NCBI GenBank assembly: GCA_019415435.1
Contig: DXZE01000001.1
Coordinates: forward strand, 12,426-76,425
Source: Erysipelotrichaceae bacterium
Lineage (GTDB): Bacteria; Bacillota_I; Bacilli_A; Erysipelotrichales; Erysipelotrichaceae
DNA: 64,000 bases
Direction: 5' to 3'
The notes beneath the pieces were generated by a model. It did not search any database, was not told where the DNA came from, and saw only the letters and a program-made list of their open reading frames with translations. Made by a program: the position numbers and the translations under genes. Numbering within the stretch: the first letter of the stretch is position 1; each line of letters opens with the position of its first letter. Shown in pieces: positions 59,365 to 64,000 of the stretch.

Positions 59365-61352
59365 TGATCCTCCCAGTTCATTTCATCTAATACAGCATAA
59401 ACATCGGAACTATTATAACCCTGTGCACAACAATAGCGGTAAATTCTGTTGCGTAAGTCATAACTGCTGTATTTCTTCTCATAACGCTTTCTTGCCTTCA
59501 ATGCACAGCGTTTCAGATTCTCTGTTTCATGTGTCTCCTGTCTGGTGAAATCAAGATGAGAGATGGCATTCTCAGCTGCTTCCCGGGAATATCCCTGGAC
59601 AAGCATCTTCTGCATGATGAAACTCTTAGTCTTATTAACAGAATCATTCTTTCTGCTATGCTGTACCTTTAAAGCGTAAAGATAGGCATTATCCTTTTCA
59701 TCATCTTTGCCTTCTGCCAGTTTTCTTTCAATCATTTCAACAGGCAGACCGCGTTTCTTGAGAACCCGGACTATTTTATCATGACCAGCTAACTGTGCTT
59801 TCAGAATACGGATATTCTCTTCACAATACCTCTCATCATTGATATATCCCTTATCTTCCAGTTTCTCTACAATCTGATTGATTGTTGCTATATCACACTC
59901 AGTATTCTGACTCAGCCAGTCATAGATTTCCTTACGGGTTCTGTCTTTGGCATTTAATTTACGCAGACATCTCTGATAAGCTGCAGCACCATTCTGACGG
60001 TATTGCAGATCTTCTACTTCTCCTTGCGTCAATACCTGATCCTTGCGTAAACCAAGACTGTAATAATCATCTAAGGAAACAAGCAGACGCATTTCTTCTT
60101 TCTGATTGGAAATCAGATAAAGCTGAATATTGGTATCTTTTACAGTCACATCAGCGATGACATACTGATGAGCATAATTGGCAATAATACGCTCATATAC
60201 TTTAATAACTCTTTCATAGAATACTTCTGAAGACCATGGTTCTGCCTGACGTCTGGCATTTACCTTCATCTGATTCAGATCTTCTTCCTTCATGTCCAGG
60301 AAAACCTTAAGCTTCTGGGCCAGATCTTCTTCATCATTAAAAAACCATCCGGTTCTTTGCGGAACAAGCAGATTATTCAATACTTCATCATGGCGGCAGA
60401 ATAAAGGAAGACCGCTGGCTAATGCTTCCAAGAATGTCATGCCCTGGGTTTCGGAAGTAGAGGCTGAGACAAAGGCATCCGCACACCGGTACATATCCGG
60501 TATTTCCTCCTTTGGTTTAGGACCGATCAGTTTTACATGATCACCAAGTTTTAAGTCTTCTGTTAATTGTCTGAGACTTTCTAACTCAGGCCCATTTCCT
60601 ACAACAAGCAGATTAACAATAGTACCTTCATCTCTTGCCTTGGCAAAACCTTTTAATACAATATCAAAGGATTTCTCTTCAGCTAATCTTCCTACATAGA
60701 TAATGAGTCTTTCATCATCCGGAAATCCATACTGACTGCGTATTTCATGTCTCTTTTCTGCACTTCCTTTGGATGGATCAAATTCATCTAAAGGAAGACC
60801 AGTAGGAATGACATTGATATTTCTGCGGATATGATAGCCTAACAGCATTTCCTTTGTCTTTTCACTTGGCGCAATGACTTCCATGGAAGAATCTCCATAG
60901 AGACGTGAAACCTTCGCTACACCGATCTTGGCATACCTGTCTACCCGGTCAGAATGGATGAAGTTAACATAATGCGTATAGTCTTCATAGGTTGTATGAT
61001 ATGTAGAGACAAGCGGGATCTTTAATGCCTTGGCAACTAAACGTGCAAATATGCCAATGCCGAATTCGGTCTGGGCATGGATGACATCGAGATTCAGACG
61101 ACTGATTTCTTCGGTAGCGTGATGGTGAAATGGTGTCGTTGCGACATAGCCATAAAGAAACTTTAACTCAACTCCTGCTAAACGTAATACGGTACCGTCT
61201 TCATCCCATTTGGCATATCCCGCCCCGGCATACGTTGTGATGACATAGACGGTATGACCATGTTTCATTAGTTCCTGCTGGAGAATATAGGTACTATTGG
61301 CGACGCCATTGATATCAGGCGGATATGTATCTGTAAACAAACCGATTCTCAT
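59361..61352 (-). CDS. Fusion protein: GT4 glycosyltransferase (alpha-monoglucosyl-DAG synthase-like, about aa 1-389) + full-length RecX-like domain (about aa 390-663)
   Basis: The N-terminal half has MRIGLFTDTYPPDINGVANS and the EX7E region (SETQGMTFLEALASG). The C-terminal half aligns by eye along the whole of Bacillus RecX/YfhG (RTRKEIYDWL...GYINDERYCEE...KRGLPVEMIE...QGYSRE...QGYNSSDV). Confidence 0.8.
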   Translation of the reverse strand: MRIGLFTDTYPPDINGVANSTYILQQELMKHGHTVYVITTYAGAGYAKWDEDGTVLRLAGVELKFLYGYVATTPFHHHATEEISRLNLDVIHAQTEFGIGIFARLVAKALKIPLVSTYHTTYEDYTHYVNFIHSDRVDRYAKIGVAKVSRLYGDSSMEVIAPSEKTKEMLLGYHIRRNINVIPTGLPLDEFDPSKGSAEKRHEIRSQYGFPDDERLIIYVGRLAEEKSFDIVLKGFAKARDEGTIVNLLVVGNGPELESLRQLTEDLKLGDHVKLIGPKPKEEIPDMYRCADAFVSASTSETQGMTFLEALASGLPLFCRHDEVLNNLLVPQRTGWFFNDEEDLAQKLKVFLDMKEEDLNQMKVNARRQAEPWSSEVFYERVIKVYERIIANYAHQYVIADVTVKDTNIQLYLISNQKEEMRLLVSLDDYYSLGLRKDQVLTQGEVEDLQYRQNGAAAYQRCLRKLNAKDRTRKEIYDWLSQNTECDIATINQIVEKLEDKGYINDERYCEENIRILKAQLAGHDKIVRVLKKRGLPVEMIERKLAEGKDDEKDNAYLYALKVQHSRKNDSVNKTKSFIMQKMLVQGYSREAAENAISHLDFTRQETHETENLKRCALKARKRYEKKYSSYDLRNRIYRYCCAQGYNSSDVYAVLDEMNWEDQ

Positions 61353-62425
61353 CAGTGTTCCTCTTCTTTCTTTTCCTCATTTAAATCTAACGGTACATCT
61401 TTCTGTACTTTGGCCCACGCAAAGACAAGTGAGCCGATCACCAGTACCTGATAGAAAGTAGTAATACGCCATAGAATCATTATACTGGTCGCATGGACCT
61501 TTGAGAATATGGTTGAAAACATCAGAATAAAGGTAGCTTCTGTCCCTCCAGCACTGCCAGGCATAGGCAAAAAAGCATTCACCATTGCGACAAATGAAGA
61601 TAAAGCAACAGAATTAATGTAATCCATCCAGGTAACGTGTATATGCAAAGCTACAGCACAAAGGAATGGAACACTGTAATACAATAGCAGTCTCAGAAAG
61701 TCTTCTAAACTTAATAAGAGAATCATCTTCTTATGATGTTTTAATACTTCTATTTCTTTTGAAAACTGATCCAGCTGGGTATTCAAAGATGCTAATGTCT
61801 TCTGTTTATCTTTAACAATATGAAGCTTTACACCAATATCAATTCCCTTTGTTGTAAGCCATCTGTAAAAGCGCGGTGAAGATGCGAGCAGCCATAAAAG
61901 AACGATAATGCCTGCCGCTATCAGAAAGCCGAATATAACAATCAGAAAGAATTGTGAATAGTTGGCATAGAAATACGGGAAACGCAGAAAAATCAGTATC
62001 AGCACAAACAGACACATCGTTGTCTGGTAGACAATGAAATCAAGCCATAATACCCCGATACTGTTGGAAACAGGTATACCCTGTTTACGGAAAATATATG
62101 TCTGGGCAATCTGACCGCCAGAGGCTCCCGGGGTTATGTCATTGAATAAACCAGCCACATAGGAATTCACAAAACCTTGTCCGACTGTATACTTCGGATG
62201 TGTTAACCTGCACTCATATGCTAATCCCCATCCAAGCATGGCTCTTTCAAATATCAGTAACAGTAATATCAGTAAGAGTACTCTTACATCTACTTTCTTT
62301 AATGTATCTATGACTGCTGGTCCGTCATCCTTTAAGGTTAACCATAATACAAGTACCGCTAAGGCAAATATCAAACCAATATTAAACGGAGTGCTGCTTA
62401 CAATCTCCTTTATTCTCTTCTTCAT
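61352..62425 (-). CDS. Flippase-like membrane protein (UPF0104 / lysyl-PG synthase TM-domain family)
   Basis: It is a 357-aa polytopic protein with no soluble domain, located between two glycolipid GT4 genes. Confidence 0.7.
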   Translation of the reverse strand: MKKRIKEIVSSTPFNIGLIFALAVLVLWLTLKDDGPAVIDTLKKVDVRVLLLILLLLIFERAMLGWGLAYECRLTHPKYTVGQGFVNSYVAGLFNDITPGASGGQIAQTYIFRKQGIPVSNSIGVLWLDFIVYQTTMCLFVLILIFLRFPYFYANYSQFFLIVIFGFLIAAGIIVLLWLLASSPRFYRWLTTKGIDIGVKLHIVKDKQKTLASLNTQLDQFSKEIEVLKHHKKMILLLSLEDFLRLLLYYSVPFLCAVALHIHVTWMDYINSVALSSFVAMVNAFLPMPGSAGGTEATFILMFSTIFSKVHATSIMILWRITTFYQVLVIGSLVFAWAKVQKDVPLDLNEEKKEEEH

Positions 62426-62461
62426 AGTAAGTAAACATTATAATAAAGCTCTCTGTCTTTC

Positions 62462-63478
62462 TCAATCGAGACGTGGTCTGCTTAACACTTCTTCATACGC
62501 CTGTTTCAATTGCTGGCCAACAGATTCAATAGATCTCTTTTCAGCTGTCTCATAACCGGCTTCAGTTGTATCCGGAAGATCACCTTCCACTACTCTTCTG
62601 ATCATTTCTGAAAATTCCTTATTATTATGCCCCTTATAACAGTTAATGCCGTTTTCCAGCCATGGATCAAATGCCCCGATATCTCTTACAACAACCGGGC
62701 ATCTGGAAGCTAAAGCTTCCAGGACAACAATCCCTTCTGTTTCTTCATAGGAAGGAAAGAAGAAACAATCCGCATCACTGTAAGCTCCTTCAATAATAGG
62801 ACCCTTGACGTATCCCGGGAAGATGACATTCTCTGGCGGATTCTCAACGATATCCGATATCTCCTTAGGAATGATCAGTTTTGATGTTTCTCCAAACCAT
62901 ATAAACTTATATTCCGGTAACATCCTTGCGACTTCCACAAAGTCCGGTAATCCTTTTCTCTGGAAAAAAAGACCTACACCTATGACAACCTTATCGCCTG
63001 GCTGTAAGCTGAAATATTTCCTGTATGCCTCTACCTTTTCCGGATCTCTATGATAGCGCATTAAGTCAATGCCATTGGAAATGGCATAGATAGGTAATTT
63101 GATGCCATAGCCTTCCAGTATCTTCTTTGAGTATGGTGTAGGTGTAATTAAGGCATCTGCCTGGGTATATAAATGCATCAGCCACTTGCGTACACCAGGA
63201 GCCATGATATTGGAGAACTTAAAGCTGTTGCGGAAGTCTTCTTCCGTACTATGAGCATGATAGATAACATGCTTGCCTGCTTTTCTTGCATGGTGTACAA
63301 TCGCATCCGAATTCATATAGTATGTATTGATATGCAGGATATCATAACTGTCATCCCATGGATCTGTTGTACATTCAATACCTGCAGACTGTAATGCTCT
63401 CTGCTGGTGATCAAATGCACGGCCAATACCGGATTTTGATATAACATTTTCACCTTCAAAATAAAGTAATATTTTCAT
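62462..63478 (-). CDS. GT4 glycosyltransferase (CpoA / diglycosyl-DAG synthase-like)
   Basis: It is a 338-aa GT-B fold protein with FFFPSYEETEGIVVLEALAS (EX7E). Confidence 0.8.
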   Translation of the reverse strand: MKILLYFEGENVISKSGIGRAFDHQQRALQSAGIECTTDPWDDSYDILHINTYYMNSDAIVHHARKAGKHVIYHAHSTEEDFRNSFKFSNIMAPGVRKWLMHLYTQADALITPTPYSKKILEGYGIKLPIYAISNGIDLMRYHRDPEKVEAYRKYFSLQPGDKVVIGVGLFFQRKGLPDFVEVARMLPEYKFIWFGETSKLIIPKEISDIVENPPENVIFPGYVKGPIIEGAYSDADCFFFPSYEETEGIVVLEALASRCPVVVRDIGAFDPWLENGINCYKGHNNKEFSEMIRRVVEGDLPDTTEAGYETAEKRSIESVGQQLKQAYEEVLSRPRLD

Positions 63479-63578
63479 GAATTACCTCTGAAACTTTCTA
63501 TTATTTTATCGTATTCAGAGAGTGAATGCATCTGTAATGAAAAGTTAAACAAAGAATATACATTATTCAGATTTTGTA

Positions 63579-63599
63579 ATGACCAATGGTCATTTTTTT
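63579..63599 (+). terminator. Terminator-like hairpin in the leader of the downstream radical SAM gene
   Basis: The hairpin is atgacc-aat-ggtcat followed by T6. No plus-strand gene lies upstream of it. Confidence 0.35.
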
Positions 63600-63654
63600 A
63601 TTGAATATCAGACCGGTTTGTTTTAAAACAGTTGTATAGAGGTGATATTCAATT

Positions 63655-64000
63655 ATGGAAAAGAGTTTTACAGAATCAGTAAAGGCCTATGGAGTTAAAA
63701 AAGTACTCGGCTACCTGAAAAAAGATCCTGAGAAAAATTTGCCGAAGATTTTGGATTGGCTGGATAAAGCCGGTTCTATGAGTTCCATGCCGCAGCAGTT
63801 TGCTTTCGTAAAGAAAGTATTAAGTGACCCTGAAAACAAGTGGTATCAGTATGCAATGGATGTTCTGCATAATACAAATCCGAATTGCCTGGACCGTTTT
63901 TTAGATGACTTTGTCATCAATGGATCCCTTCTTGGTCTGCCTCGTCAGCATAAAGTAGAAAAAGAGAATGACTGCAATATTCCATGGTGCATTCTGTTTG
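63655..64000 (+). CDS. Probable radical SAM protein, N-terminal 115 aa only (runs off the window)
   Basis: The ATG follows AGAGGTGA. The sequence ends ...KENDCNIPWCILF. In the family I recall, that motif immediately precedes the CxxxCxxC cluster, which would lie beyond the window. Confidence 0.45.
   Translation, partial: MEKSFTESVKAYGVKKVLGYLKKDPEKNLPKILDWLDKAGSMSSMPQQFAFVKKVLSDPENKWYQYAMDVLHNTNPNCLDRFLDDFVINGSLLGLPRQHKVEKENDCNIPWCILF

Noticed and set aside
1-64000. CRISPR arrays, tandem satellite repeats, rRNA genes, and toxin-antitoxin or defence-type gene pairs.
   Set aside because: I saw no regularly spaced direct repeats and no rRNA-like stretches. Apart from the 20.5-23.7 kb region, every ORF over 100 aa could be assigned a plausible family.

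Overview
This is a 64-kb chromosomal segment from a low-GC Bacillota genome. Gene order and protein sequences look Erysipelotrichia/Bacillus-like, but that lineage is my inference and no search was run. There are about 60 protein genes, mostly on the minus strand and tightly coupled, and nearly all are core housekeeping. They comprise: lepA-fmt; rpsT; the trmK-sigA-dnaG-glyQS-recO-era-cdd-dgkA-ybeY / phoH-rpsU block; deoC-murE-mtaB-rsmE; ftsA-ftsZ; rpmB; the thiN-rpe-rsgA-prkC-prpC-rlmN-rsmB-priA block; proBAC; mgtA behind a long terminator-containing leader; one tRNA-Val(CAC); sufCDSUB; two PrsA-like foldases; HIT and NUDIX genes; gatD-murT; yhaM; and a glycolipid glycosyltransferase cluster. 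Accessory content is small. (i) At 20.5-23.7 kb there are decayed IS200/IS605-family remains: a tnpA pseudogene, an N-terminal tnpB fragment, and a C-terminal tnpB fragment with a GC-rich omega-RNA-like tail. They bracket a 1.4-kb segment encoding a membrane-anchored coiled-coil protein and a Cys/His-rich protein, which look like one gene split at an A6 tract. (ii) At 38.7-40.5 kb there is an apparently intact IS200/IS605 element (tnpA + tnpB) sitting on the proC stop codon. (iii) A TM-GGDEF-PAS gene appears frameshifted, and there is an LRR surface protein and an SH3b/3D wall protein. I do not see a multi-gene defence-type or biosynthetic system. The most unusual items are the IS-bracketed Cys/His surface protein, the orphan omega-RNA-like element abutting the HD-domain gene, a glycosyltransferase-RecX fusion ORF, and a SigA with a long histone-H1-like basic N-terminal tail. 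All calls come from reading the translations and sequence by eye. No database or covariance-model searches were possible.
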